DNA from: Podarcis cretensis
Taxonomy: Eukaryota
Direction: 5' to 3'
Assembly: GCA_951804945.1 (NCBI GenBank)
Contig: OX638151.1
Coordinates: 44,330,001 to 44,394,000 of the forward strand
DNA: 64,000 nt
Numbering within the stretch: the first letter of the stretch is position 1; every line of letters starts with the position of its first letter. The notes beneath the pieces were generated by a model. The model made no database searches. It saw nothing but the letters and a program-made list of their open reading frames with translations, and was not told the DNA's origin. The position numbers and the translations under genes are program-made. This document shows, piece by piece, positions 12,483-24,947 of the stretch.

Positions 12483-13865
12483 AGGTACATAGCACATATT
12501 TGTGAATACACAGTATAGCATTCTGACAGCTGCCTTGCTTACTGCACTTCACTAATTGTACCTTTTTAAACTTGTAAGTGTATCCTAAGTACTAGTGTGA
12601 CTTTCTTTGCTAAGGGCTTAGATCAAATGAGGATTCTGAAATTCAGTTGAACCGGTGCAATACTTATGCATGATAATGGTTAGAACTTGAATTGTTGTTG
12701 GATTTTATGGTGTTCAGTTCTGTACTACATCACTGATCCAGTTGAACTCAAGACCGTGTTCTTACAGAGTTGCAGGTCACCTCTTATCTAGCCACTGACC
12801 AGGCCCCTCCTCCCTCCTTGCACTGTTTTGGAGATTCTCCCGACCCTCCCCCAAGCCATTTTCAGGGGGGGGAGTGGGGAACCCCCATTGCGCTAGCAGA
12901 CGTCCTTGCATAGGCTTCGACTTCCGGGTCCAGTTAATTGAAACCGGCTCGTTATTTAAATAGTGCACAAGAAAAATGGCATAGTCCTTCCTGAGCTGCA
13001 CTGTTTCAGACTGCAGCTGGGAGATGTCAGAGATTGCAGTCGCATATAACCTCCCTGCACATGGAAAGGGATCTAGTCTGCTGCCAGTATACAATGTGAT
13101 ACAGGAAGGTTGGTTCTGAGTGATTATAATAATATATCAACTTGTCAGTCGAAATATATATTCCATCTGTATCAATCCCCTGCTGGGAAAAGCTCAAAGG
13201 AACATGAGCAAAAAGCCCTTCTGCTCCAGAGTGATGCTGAACTCTTTCTGACTATATGTCATTTGAACTGGTTCTTTCCAGCTTGCCCTGTGCATTATTA
13301 ACTGCATGTGTGATTAAAGTAAAATGAGTATGGCTTTCTAGGCGTTTGTCCTTCCTTTGCTGCCTCTAACAGGCATTCATTTTAATCAAGGGACAAAGGA
13401 GAAACAGAAATGATTTCCTCAATACTCTGTCCTTTTGCTTTGTAGAGCATCAGCATGATGGAGTTTGCTTCCTCCTTTCATCATGACTGAGCGGTGCGGC
13501 AGCATATTTGCATACTGTTACATACGCTGATGTTAGGTACCCTGTCCAATCCCAATGCAAATTAGACACAAATGAATGTGCTGGGCTTTTATTTGCATTC
13601 AGAGACACATTCTTACCAATTATCTAATGAGGCTTTATATTCTTGGGTAAGACAACTGTGTGGCTTCTGATACCGTGGCCTGTCTCGTATTTGTGTGCAC
13701 AGAATAGTAATAATAAATAATAATAATAATAAAACCAATTCCTTAAATCATGAGAGAAGCCATTGGTCCTACGGTGCTCAACAGTCGCTATGATTGTTTT
13801 ATCCTGTGGAGGAAACAGCTTTTGTGTAATGACTTCTGAATGCACACATTGTAATATTTAGCTTA

Positions 13866-13953
13866 GGCTGCAATCAAAACTCCCTTTTCCTGGGAGTAAG
13901 CCCCACTAAATTCAATATGACTTACTTCTGAGTAGACATGGTTAGGATTGCAT
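13866..13953. repeat. Short palindromic interspersed repeat (GCTGCAATC...GGATTGCA type)
   Basis: Inverted ends and an internal GAGTAAGCCCCA..ACTTACT dyad. Degenerate relatives near 17985-18047, 42013-42090 and 30930-31115. Confidence 0.55.
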
Positions 13954-14468
13954 GGTTAGTGTGCATGCATTTTCTGATCAACCCATACACATAGCCCAAA
14001 CCAGGCGCATAGCTCCAGCTCCCGCAGTCAGTTCCTTGGGCAGCATTGCATGCAGATCAGCGCATGATTTGGGCTACTCTTGCTATCGGTTTAGATTTTT
14101 GTTTTCCTTCAGTTCCTTTGCACTTTGTGGTGCCCCTGCTGTCTTCACAAATGAGCTTCTCTGGAAGGAGGACCTGCTTATGGAAGGTACCAAGGCCATG
14201 TTCTCCACAGCTCCTAAATCTTCATGACTCCGCTGTAAAGGCCTGTTGGTATCATCCTGTCATCCTGCACTGAGTAGCTGCTGATAACGTGGCAAATCTC
14301 CCCTAGTGTGGCCACCTGTGTCTGTATTCCTTTTTGGACATCTGCAGATGAAGAGTGTTGCAAATGCGCAAAAGAAAAGAAAAATTAAAAGAAAAAGCAG
14401 AACTTTCCAGCCAGAGCAGTTGAGAGGCATTCAATAAAGAATGATGGATTACCTGTCTGTCTTTTCAG

Positions 14469-14570
14469 GCTTATGATATCATGAAAGTGACCCATGGGAC
14501 AGAACACAGCCTAGTGCATGACTTGATGATGCTCAAGGAAGACTGTGAGGCTGGCCTGCCATTAGAATGA
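14469..14570 (+). CDS. SMYD3: SMYD3 lysine methyltransferase, last coding exon
   Basis: After the acceptor ctgtctgtcttttcag, my translation is AYDIMKVTHGTEHSLVHDLMMLKEDCEAGLPLE*. This matches the recalled human C-terminus AFDIMRVTHGREHSLIEDLILLLEECDANIRAS in sequence and length. SMYD3 lies tail-to-tail with KIF26B in human. Confidence 0.93.
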   Translation, partial: AYDIMKVTHGTEHSLVHDLMMLKEDCEAGLPLE

Positions 14571-14950
14571 AGAAGACCTGCAACTCACTACTGTGCAGAA
14601 GGGGAATGAAGAGAAGACACGGGAGAAAGAAAATGTCTCCCTACACAACCTATGTAGCTGTCATGATCTCATTAATCAGAGAACAGTTAGGAAAAGGTTC
14701 CAGTTGTTTTGGTGTGTAACCTGTATATTGTTTCTTCTATTAATTCTTCAAGGGACCTTTCACACCAGTTTCTTGATATTTCCACCAGAAGTATGCTCTC
14801 TGCAAAACAACGTGTTGACAAAGGAAATTGGACAGTTCTTGGTAAAAGTACAATATACTATTAATGACGTAGAAAATGATAATTTCTGGAAATGATTTTC
14901 TTCATTTATCATGGTAGCTAAGGTACTCTTTATATGTCATGGTAACCAAT

Positions 14951-14966
14951 ATTAAACAAAAATAAA
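14951..14966 (+). terminator. Probable SMYD3 polyadenylation signals (ATTAAA 14951-14956, AATAAA 14961-14966)
   Basis: Two hexamers about 390 nt after the stop codon, followed by a T/GT-rich tract (ccatttttttgctgctttc). Confidence 0.6.
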
Positions 14967-15794
14967 ATCTTATATCCAAAGTATTTGAATTCCATTTTTT
15001 TGCTGCTTTCTCTCCTGCATTGCATCACTTCTTTTCCTTTCACATGCTGTCATTTTGAGACATGGAATGATCCTGTGGATGAATTTGTTTCACATTCTTT
15101 CCAGTTTTAGTTTGCCTAGAATATACACCATTAAGTACCATTAATTTATTAACCATGGAATTTGCATATGCAAGTTGAATCTGTTCTTCTAAAGCTGTAA
15201 ATCGATTCAGCTCCTCCATACTGATTCCTTTGAGTTATATAGACTTGATTGGTGCATGTCTTGGGGTAGTTTTCTGCCTTTATTAGGTTCAAGAGGGATG
15301 AGGTAGGTTTCATAGGAAGGAAGGAAATCATATACACACTGATTACTAGTGAGTAAACTCATCTGAACATAATTAGATTTTCTTCTGTCTTAACATGCAT
15401 GGGATTAAAATGCAGCCTTCTCTGTCATTCAGACACTGTGCTTAGCCTTGTACTGATGCCCAGGAAAGTGATTTCATGTACCCAGCATTTGGAAACGTGG
15501 CTACCAGTTCTTACCATATGTTTTTGGTTTTTTTAATCTGCATGTATTCATATCTTCCTTTGCAACCAAGAAACAAGGAAATGCCTTATTCCAGTTCAGA
15601 CTGTTGGTCAATCTAGCAATCTGACTGGCAGCAGATCTCCTGGGTGTTGGGCTAATAGACCCTGCTAAAAGGTTCTCGAAGCTTGGACTCTGTACAGGGC
15701 TAGAAATGGAATCTTAAAATTCCCAAAATCTGCAGTGGCTACTAGTCAATTCACTAATAATAAAAATACAGCACGTTGTTTCTGATAGCAGCTA

Positions 15795-16040
15795 CAGTGG
15801 TACCCCGGAGGTCCGGAGGTCCGTTCTTAACCTGAAACTGTTCTTAACCTGAAGCACCACTTTAGCTAATGGGGCCTCCTGCTGTCGCTGTGTAATTTCT
15901 GTTCTCATCCTGAAGCATCCTGAGGTACTATTTCTGGGTTAGTGGAGTCTGTAACCTGCTAAAAGACTTCCCCAAGAACGCAGCAAACTGGGGTAACAAA
16001 TAGAGTGGTACCTCAGGTTACAGACGCTTCAGGTCACTCT
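15795..16040. mobile_element. MITE family A, reverse-oriented and rearranged copy
   Basis: Starts TA|CAGTGGTACC. The body is the reverse complement of 30641-30856 with deletions and a GGAGGTCC duplication. The right end is inverted. Confidence 0.85.
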
Positions 16041-16084
16041 ATTTGTTACCCCAGTTTGCTGCGTTCTTGGGGAAGTCTTTTAGC
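15958..16084. repeat. Perfect 50-bp inverted repeat with 27-nt loop
   Basis: 15958-16007 is the exact reverse complement of 16035-16084, checked base by base. Confidence 0.97.
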
Positions 16085-16109
16085 TTCACCTCATATTTAG
16101 TGTGAGCAA

Positions 16110-16283
16110 GGGCCATAGCTCAGCAGGAGAACATCTGCTTTACATGCAGAAGGTGCCAGGTTCAGTCCCTGGCATCTCCAAGTAGGGCTGTCTGAAGCCC
16201 TGGAGTGCTGCAGCCAGATGGTGTAAGCAGTGCTGAGCAAGATGGACCAATGGTCTGACTTAGCATAGGCCACTTTCTATGTT
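16110..16283 (+). mobile_element. tRNA-derived SINE (Squam3-like)
   Basis: GGGCCATAGCTCAG A-box head, GGTTCAGTCCC B-box and CTATGTT tail. Confidence 0.8.
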
Positions 16284-16446
16284 ACCAACAATAATGCATT
16301 GGAAGAGTGAGAAATTGCCACTGAGCAAGACATTTTAGCCAGTGCAGTTGCCCTTAATTCTTTAAGCCTTAAGTGGATGTTAACAAAGCCAAATATTTCT
16401 ATGAGAAATTTAAACAGAAACCATTTACATGTTTTGAAAGCGTCAC

Positions 16447-16487
<41 letters not shown>

Positions 16488-16610
16488 TGTATTTATATGC
16501 CAACCATCTGACTGGGTTGCCCCAGCCACCCTTGGCTGCTTCCAAAATAATATTAAAAACACAATAAAGCATCAAACTTTTAAAACTTCCTTATACAGGG
16601 CTGCCTTTAG
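16447..16610 (-). mobile_element. L2-like LINE 3' tail with (AAT)n microsatellite
   Basis: About 13 AAT units followed by a tail whose reverse complement resembles 39055-39200. Confidence 0.6.
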
Positions 16611-17770
16611 CGTTTGTCCCTGTTCCCCTCCTCCACCAGGACAGTTTACTGCTTCCTTCAAATCCATGACTGTCATTTTATTAATCTCTAGTCAGCTTCT
16701 TCACAACAATAACTTGACACCATTCGGTGAGAATACATTTCTGAGAAAATGAACACTCCAGGCATGCTTTACAGCCTCATCTCATGAATGCAAACGCTGG
16801 AGACTCATCTCCCCTCAAGTGTTTTGAGCAAGTTATGGTGAGTGTAGCATTGTGCACTTGAAAAATTGAAATTTCGGGAAAGGTTGAGTCATGTCAGCCC
16901 CCCAAGGAGTGCAATAATCCAAGGAGAACTGTTGTTGTTGTTTTAATGGCTGTTAAGATAGGGAAAATGTTCGGGGGAAAGGCCAGATCCAGGTATTAAG
17001 GACCAATCTGGAAGTTTAGTAAATTGCATGAATTCAATTAATTTGCATATTAAAACAAGTGCTCATAGAATATGTGTGGTGGGACACTTAATAGGCTTAG
17101 GACCATGTGTGAGCCTGTAAAGGGAGTTTCTTTTCACCATAGTCTCAGTGAAAATTGTCCCAGCAGCTGCTCTTTGCAGTGGTGGGAACCCTCTGTTAAA
17201 CCTGTCCCCATGGTCCTGCTTCTGCCCTCACAGCTGCTATTTTCATTTTTTAATGGTGCCATGTTAATTGTATTCACACAGTGGCATTTCTAGTTTGGCT
17301 CTTAGCAGTGTTACTGCTGTTGCAAAGTTTTAAAGAGATGGGCAGCTCATTCTACCATTTAGTGGTGCTGCTGTCTCCAGATAGGAGGTGTGACACCCTG
17401 CTGAAAAGATAAACCTGAAAATCACTATACGAATATCCCAAAGGCATTTTATATTTCCTGCCTCTGCTGGGCACATATGTACCTGAAATTTTGGAGATCT
17501 AGTACACTATATGTGTAAGCAGAGCCTTTATTGTGATAGCCCTTACCAGAGTGGAGTACTGGCAACTCTTTAACCTTCCCCCCCCCCCTTTGCTGAAGGC
17601 AGCTATCTTTTGCTGGTAGTCACAGCATATTAATCAATATGGAACTGCCATCACCTCATCTTTTTTACACCCACACCCACTGTGTGTGTAAGATGCTCAC
17701 ATATAACAAAGGTAGACCCTTTGATAATTATTTTCTGGAGACCTTCTGAGTGGGAGCTTCACCAAAAGTA

Positions 17771-17930
17771 CGGTTGTACCTTGGAAGTTGAACGGAATCC
17801 GTTATGGAAGTCCTTTCGATTTCCAAAATGTTTGGAAACCAAAGCACGGCTTCTGATTGGCTGCAGTCTTGCGGTCTTCAGGAGCCAAAACTCTTGACTT
17901 GTAAAGTGTTCGGGATCCAAGGTACGACTG
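17771..17930. mobile_element. Tc1/mariner-type MITE, family B
   Basis: TA|CGGTTGTACCTTGGA...TCCAAGGTACGACTG|TA. Confidence 0.8.
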
Positions 17931-19849
17931 TACTGCTAATTACATTTCTTAGAAAATTTCCTTACTTGGGCTGTAAATCTCTTACTGTGCAATCCTGAAT
18001 AAGTGTACTCAGAAATAAGCCCCTCTGAGTAGATAAAGGATTGCAGTTTTTGATTAATAAATCTGGAATGCCTGCCTCAGTAGTTATGTAGCACATTAAA
18101 TATATTAAACCTTCTATGTTGTCATACAACTGTTCCTGAGTAGGTCACAATGATTCTTATTCTTAGAGAAAAAGTATGGTGACTAAATGAATGCACAACA
18201 AATTTTAATTTTGAATCTGGTTCCCAAATAATCCAAAGGGGAAGATGCTGGATTGAGATATACCATGCATTTTGGAGACATTCAGTTTAATGAGGGACAC
18301 AATTATTTGTTACATGGAGGCCAACTGCTAAACCACTAGACCTGGTGAGGAAAAGGATACATTTGTCCATTTCGCAAACAGACTAAACAAACATTGGTAC
18401 TCCCAGGATGTACACTTAACATTTGACGTGGAGGCTGTCAAAGTTCCACATCTTTTGTATAGAAATGGAAAGTACTCCCTTTCATTGATTACAGTTTATT
18501 TCATTCTTTGTGTTTCCTCTCAGCAGGAGCAATAAATGAAACAGACATTTATTTTAGTTTGAGAGTTATTTGTTGGACAATTTAATTTCTGCAGGGTAAA
18601 TGTTGGAGAGAGACCTTGTTGCTCTCACTGTTCTTTACACACAGTGTGGATGATGCTGGAAAAACAAAACCAGCCAGTTATAAAGCTCAGTGAGATTTAA
18701 ATAGTAACTTTATGTTGACTAGTTAAATAGCAATTTGTACTCTTATCTGTTTTACTGTATTTGAAATGTGTTACAAGCCACTTCAATAACTTCTATTAGT
18801 AATTATTATTACTATTATTATTATTATTATGAGTTAGAATTATAAATACTACTAAATAAAAAATACGTATATTGTGCTTGGGATAATAAATAAAATTCAT
18901 AACATGCAGCCCAGAGATATAAATGATAAAACCTGAAATTTCAGTTCAGTATAATTTCTACATTACAACAGAACCAAATTCAGTGCAATGTATGATAATG
19001 CTAATTCTACCTACAGGCCAATTTCTGTCTTCTCACATGATACACAATATGCTGAAGGAGCCGTCTCTGTTTAAAACAGTAACACTTTTTTTGCTCCTCA
19101 CACCGAAGTTTCATAGAAACTACATTTTCTGTTGCATTTGATCTGACAGCTTCCCTTAAATTCATCACAGATGATATCAGTGGCAGCCAAGGGAGTAAAA
19201 AAGTCAACAGAATTGATTTGTTGGAAGATTGGAGAGTGGCAGCCTAGACTGTGGGCACGCGGCTCTGCTGTTGCTTGTCAGCAGTAAGACCATCTAACAA
19301 GAGGAGATTTTCTGACTTTGTTGTATAATATCATTTATGTTGCTTCCTTTACCACAGTAGAACGCTTTCTCCTTGAGTCCACGGGTGGGTCATCTGTGCT
19401 CATAAAGTAAGATCAGATTCACTCTCTCAGTGACTGCTGCATCTATTTCTTCTTAAAAGGCAAAAAGTAGGGGAAGCCATGGAAAGCCACAGAACCATGG
19501 AAATTCACATGCCCTTCAGTTCAGCCATTCAGGGTTGTAAATCTTTGAAGCTGCTGGCACATACCTGCTCTTTAGTGAATATACCTTTTCATTGCTCTAA
19601 TCAATAAAGTTGTGGCCTTTTCTAGCCCATTAACCTTATATCACGTGTCCTTGTGTCTTCATTTCACTTCGCGGGGTCGGGTCCTCGAACCACAATAAAT
19701 AAATACATTAAAACCTAATCGATTTTAGTGGGGTTGGGTACACTTCTGAGGGTCTCCAGGTTTTGCCCTGTATATTAGGATCAAAACATAAGTGGTCCGC
19801 CCCCTCCCGCCCCCTGCTTTGTGACAAAGGAAAAATAAGTTTTATTCTC

Positions 19850-20255
19850 AATAGGATGGGTGAATATGTCACTTTCCATTCCTGCAGTGTCTCATTCTTC
19901 CAATGTTCCATTCAGTTTTCCACATTTCTACATCAGTTTCTGGTTTATTTTTTAAAAAAATCTCATAAAATGTGCAAATTTCTCCTACTACCCATTTTTG
20001 TGTGCAATTTTGCATATTGTACACATTGATGCAAAACAATCTCCCCTCATATAATGCATTTTAGTGTGTTATTTTCAGTAGTATTTTCATTTATATGCAC
20101 GCTTATCACTAGTATGTGCATTTTTGTGCACGGTGATCGGCTGCAGAACTGCATTGCAAAGTTTGAATAAGTGAATTTCAAAGGATAGCTGTGTTCACAA
20201 ATGCCTTTGGAAAATGAAAAAAAGTTTTCTTTAAATGTGAACTGAATGGAATTTC
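19850..20255 (+). repeat. AT-rich interspersed repeat with TGCATTTT subrepeats, probably a non-autonomous DNA element
   Basis: Similar to the reverse complement of 39980-40365 (AGGATGGG end, ATAGCTGTGTT and TGCATTTTTGTG blocks). Confidence 0.55.
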
Positions 20256-20839
20256 CTGATTTTCCTGATTATCAGAAGTTCAGATATGAGATGACTTCTG
20301 TGCCATCGCCTTGGCAAAGTGCTGCAAGAATCACAGGAACCAAGCTAATGACTGCTGAACTGTCCACAGGGAGATGCTGGTTCACAAATTGTGTCTCTGA
20401 ATGAGTGAGCCCAGCTGGGACCTATATAATATCATGTCACACCACCTTAATATTTGCCTACTGGTGTCTCTTCTTAGAACAAAATCAACATATTTATTTT
20501 GTTTTTGCAATGGCCCTGGATGCTATAATTCTTTACCTGTAATTATTTTGAGAGATTGTAGGTTTTAAATAGGGACCGTAGAGATTCGTTCTCCAAAGAA
20601 AATGAAGAATTCAGTCTTGGTAATTAGGCTCTGCACAATTCTATGTATCTAGACCATCTAACCAATTCCCAGTAGCTCTTAACGAGATTGAGACTTCTTA
20701 AATGTACATATACATAGAGTTGGGGTTGCCAGTGTAGCTCTTGTGTGTGCAATGGCACCCTTGAGAGCGTCCTCTGCTGCCCCCTGCTCACTGTTGCCAT
20801 TGTTTTGAGGTGGCAAGGGTGATCGCCCCATTTAAAAGC

Positions 20840-20975
20840 TCTCTGGGTATCATTGGAGCAATCATTTTCCTAGCCACACCTACCTCACAGGGTTGTTGTG
20901 AGGATAAAAGGAGGAGGAGGAGGAAAACATTCCAGCTTGAGCTATTTGGAGAGAAAGTAAATGTAATAATAAATT
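20840..20975 (+). mobile_element. Old CORE/MIR-like SINE remnant
   Basis: CCTACCTCACAGGGTTGTTGTGAGGATAAAA core. An opposite-strand relative lies at about 22040-22140. Confidence 0.55.
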
Positions 20976-23282
20976 AGTGAATTATCACAGAGCTAGATTT
21001 GCTGATATACCTCATGCCTGTGTGCCCTCCTTTATCTCCTTTTACAGATGTTAAAACGAAGTACTGCAAAAGCCCATTCTGTACGTTTTTCCTATAGCTA
21101 TAAGAAAAAACAGCATGATAGAAAATTGGCGTTCCTGGAGGGTTAAAAATGTTCTGTTAACAACTGCCAGAGCAAATAATTCATCATGCCTCGCCATTGG
21201 GAAGCCGGAAGATTCATTTCTGAATAATCAGTGGCAAAAAGAACCAATAAATAATAATATTTAAAAGGTCATTGTAAAGAAGAGATAGAATGTGATTGTC
21301 CCCTTCCCCCTTTTTTCTAAAGCCTTTTATGTGAGAATTAGTCAAGAATTTATGGCAAAATGTAGAGACAATCTGAAATTGCCTTTCATACCATTTTGCA
21401 CTTATTATGAATATTTATTCGGTTTGCCCTTTATGGCAAGTCTGCAACTCAAGAACATGGAGGGGAGTGAATTGAGAAATGGTCCTTAACGTCGTCTCTT
21501 TTGAGGCATTCTAATACTTTAAGATAGTTTTAAAAATAAAAAGTACCACACCCAGGATTTCACATTTGAGCTTGAAATGAAGCCAAGTCAATCAGTGACG
21601 AGAACACCCGATGATATGATTCTCTGTAAGCCAAGACAGCTTCATAGAAGATCCCGATTTTAGCTACTAATTGTCCATGTTTCATCACACCTGCAAAGAG
21701 CCTCGTTAAATCAACAGCATCACAAATTTTTGAAGCATCCAGATTTTTGAGGTCTTAGTCTTTTCAACAATCACTACACATCTCACATCTGGACGGGTGG
21801 AACTCCTATAACTTCTTATTAGCTGTAGATAGAGTGAAATCTCTGTCCCCATTTACGAAACAGAAACCCAACCAAAACAACAGGATTCTTTTGTGGCAGC
21901 AAACTCCATGTTGTGCAGTAGAGAGACTTACTTACAATGAGATTCATCATATTTTTACGGTCCTCCCAAGTGATGATGGCTACAAATGCTAGTTCTGCTT
22001 ACTACCTTTTTGTACCTCCTCCAAAAATGTTAGGACAATGTGCAGGGTTTTCTCCTATATTATCCTCTCAAAAATACTATGAGGTAGGTTAGGCTGAGAG
22101 ATTGTCACTGGCCCAAAGGTCACCCAGCAGACTTAATGGCAGGAATGTGAATCTTCTCTTCACCCAGCAGGAATGTGAATCTTCTCTTCCCCTCCCCCTT
22201 ACTCTTTCTGCTTATCAGAGTTTGGGATTAGGAAGTGGATAGACAGCTGTGCTTGTGCAGGCATCTGAAATGTTATTTTAATATTATGAAGTACAAAGTC
22301 TACCACTTGAATAATAACAAGCATCAGATGAAGGAGGAATCGGAAAGAAAGAGATCTGAAGCTGAACATAGAATTATTGAGAGTCAGAACTACAGCTATA
22401 AAAATGGAACATAAAAATCCATCAATGTATTAATTAGGTGTTATGCTTTTAACAGGGCAGAGAAGTATTAAAAGCATTCTTAATAAGGATGATTAAAAGC
22501 ACATATTTTTAATCATCTTTATTAACCACAGAAGTATGAGAGTTGTAAGTGGCATCACCAAGAAGATGAGGCATTCTTGCTTCTTTACCTGCCACACAAA
22601 GAAACCATACTAACAACATAGGCATCTACAACTTTTCAGAGTGTCACTTAGCCCATTCCCAGCACTGACAAATGTCCTTGTGTTGGCTGTGTCTGGAAGT
22701 GCTGGTGATACAGGAGCATGAATGCTGTTGTGGCCCAACTGAACTTGGCTGGAAAAAAATCTCATCAACTCTTTTCCATATGTCAATAACAATTCTGAGT
22801 TGCATCAGTCAAAATAAAGCTTCAGTCTCTATGCAAAATCAATATTTTGCCTATGTACATTACTCTAGGCCTAGAGGCAAAAGACTTGCTTGCTAGGCTG
22901 GGATTTTAATTTAATCTTTGACAGATTTTGTTACTGAACATGTTCTGTAAATCACATTGGTCCCACTCACATTGGTGCATATTTCATTGTAAATAAATCA
23001 CACTGGAAAGTGTTTTGAATTGCAAACAGAATGGGATTAGCCACTGCCTTTTGGGGGTTGTTATTGTTTCTGCTCACAGCCCTAAACAGAGATCAAATGA
23101 GTACTGGAAAGTCCAAGGATTAGGTGCCTTCCAACAAATTTCACTGCAGACACCAGAATTTTAATTTTTATTTAGCTGGTGGCTTCACAGATAACCTTTG
23201 GAAGGCAAGCGGCTTAGGTTACTCTTAGGGCAGCAAAAGTCGCTCAACACAAGGCATGGCATACATTTGTTCTTTATTAGGA

Positions 23283-23410
23283 GTGGAGGGTTATTGGTTT
23301 GTTTTTATTTTTTTAAATGTGTTTTGTGTTCTCATTTTGTATTTTTACGTTGTGCACTGCCCTGTGATCTTTGAATGAAGGGCAGTATACAAATTTAATA
23401 AATAATAAAT
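23283..23410 (+). mobile_element. L2 3' tail fragment
   Basis: Similar to the reverse complement of the tails at 1995-2120 and 56715-56850; ends in AATAAATAAT. Confidence 0.6.
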
Positions 23411-24947
23411 TATTACCTGTTAGGAATGTTTGCTGCTGATCTTGGAAAAAAAATTTGGTGACAGGGTGGTGGGATAGCCAGTACAGAAATACTGTTGCTA
23501 TTCTGCTTTGCTATTTTCCTGGTTGTGCTATTTTCCAAAGTATATAATCTTAGCCAATGAAACAGGAAAAGTGGCTACAGCTGTTAATACTGGTCATTGA
23601 CTGTAAGAAATTGATTGATTGACTACAGCTGTCACCAGGCTGTTGAGAATTGTTTTTGTCTCTTCTCTCTCTCCTCCTACCCTTGACATTGTTCCTCATT
23701 TTTCAGACTTTAGCATCAGTGCTAGTCAACATGCAGTTTTAAACGTATGTATTAAAACATTGTGTGCTTGGGATTAAATGTTTTCTTGCTCAGGTGTTAG
23801 CCTGTTAAGCTAGCAATCTTAATCATGGGTCTTCCATTCTGCAACTGGAATTGCAGTGGAAGGGAAATTAAGTGTTCAACTCCATCACTACCATGTATTG
23901 AGCAGGCTGGAAGTCTGGATGTATTTGAGTATATAATGTCAGCAATGTTTAATACTGTACATGGCAAGGCTTGCAGGCAGTGATCCTTGTTGTGTTTCTG
24001 GGGGTGCTATAAACACCCGAGGGTGTGCCTGTTTTCATTAATGAAAAGTTGGGAGATGAAGTGCTAATTGAGGCACTACTGGAAATGAGTTTTCTAGAAC
24101 TGATGTGATCACTTTTCTCCTTCCCTCATTTTTTTGGCAGGAGACTGATTGGTGGATGTGTGAAGCTGTGGTCCAGTAGCACAATGTTAAAGCAGAGAGA
24201 GTGTTTCTTGATGCGGCTTTGCTTGTGGAACACCAGGTGACTGGATTGCTTTTTATGAGGCCAAATCTGAGTGTTTTGGCCTTACCAATATACATAGCTG
24301 AGGATGGGAGGAAATGTAGATTTGGTCATCATCTTAGTCCTTCCCAGCAATCTTTTGTTTAGATCCCCACAGTGGTATCAACCAGTGATCTTGTAGTAAA
24401 TAGTAACCTTACTGGTAAAATCTTTTAATCCCTTAAAATGTCTATTACTTGACTCTTACTTCCTTGGGGAATCATTTAATTAGCCAGCCTGTGGTGGAAT
24501 CAGCAAGAATCCAATTCCTATTGGATGTTTAAGGCAGTGCTGGCTCTCATGTGCACATTTCCTAAAGTAACTTTGTAATACTGCATTATTCGCTGGCAAA
24601 AACCTGCTCCAGAAACCTGTGGGAAGGAACCAAGTGTTTTCACTGAAGGAAGACTTCCAGGGAAGCACAAGAATTGGTAAGATAAAAGTAAACATTTAAT
24701 GCCACTATATTTTGATATCTTTTAAACATCATATCTTTGACAATATGTTTCACACCTCATATACCACAAAAGGTAAGAGATTCTTTTTTTAAACCAGCAA
24801 ACAGTGAACTTTACATTTTAATGGCAAAAGGCTTGACATATTCATTCAATCAGTTTCCATTTTGTGTGTGTTTCTCGGTTACTTTTCCATTCTGGTCCTA
24901 CTGCTGTCTGGGTCCACCCCCTCCCTGTTGGTTCTTTTTCCAGCAAA

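Noticed and set aside
1-14468. Search for the SMYD3 penultimate exon (HPxR..Q.M.VGKLQ)
   Set aside because: Not found by eye; it probably lies left of the window. TBLASTN would settle this.
14593-14895. 100-codon ORF with a hydrophobic stretch in the SMYD3 3'UTR
   Set aside because: Starts at GTG, has no in-frame ATG, is out of frame with SMYD3 and resembles no family I know.
16110-16180. tRNA-like sequence
   Set aside because: It is the head of a SINE and continues into the SINE body and tail; no intact cloverleaf.
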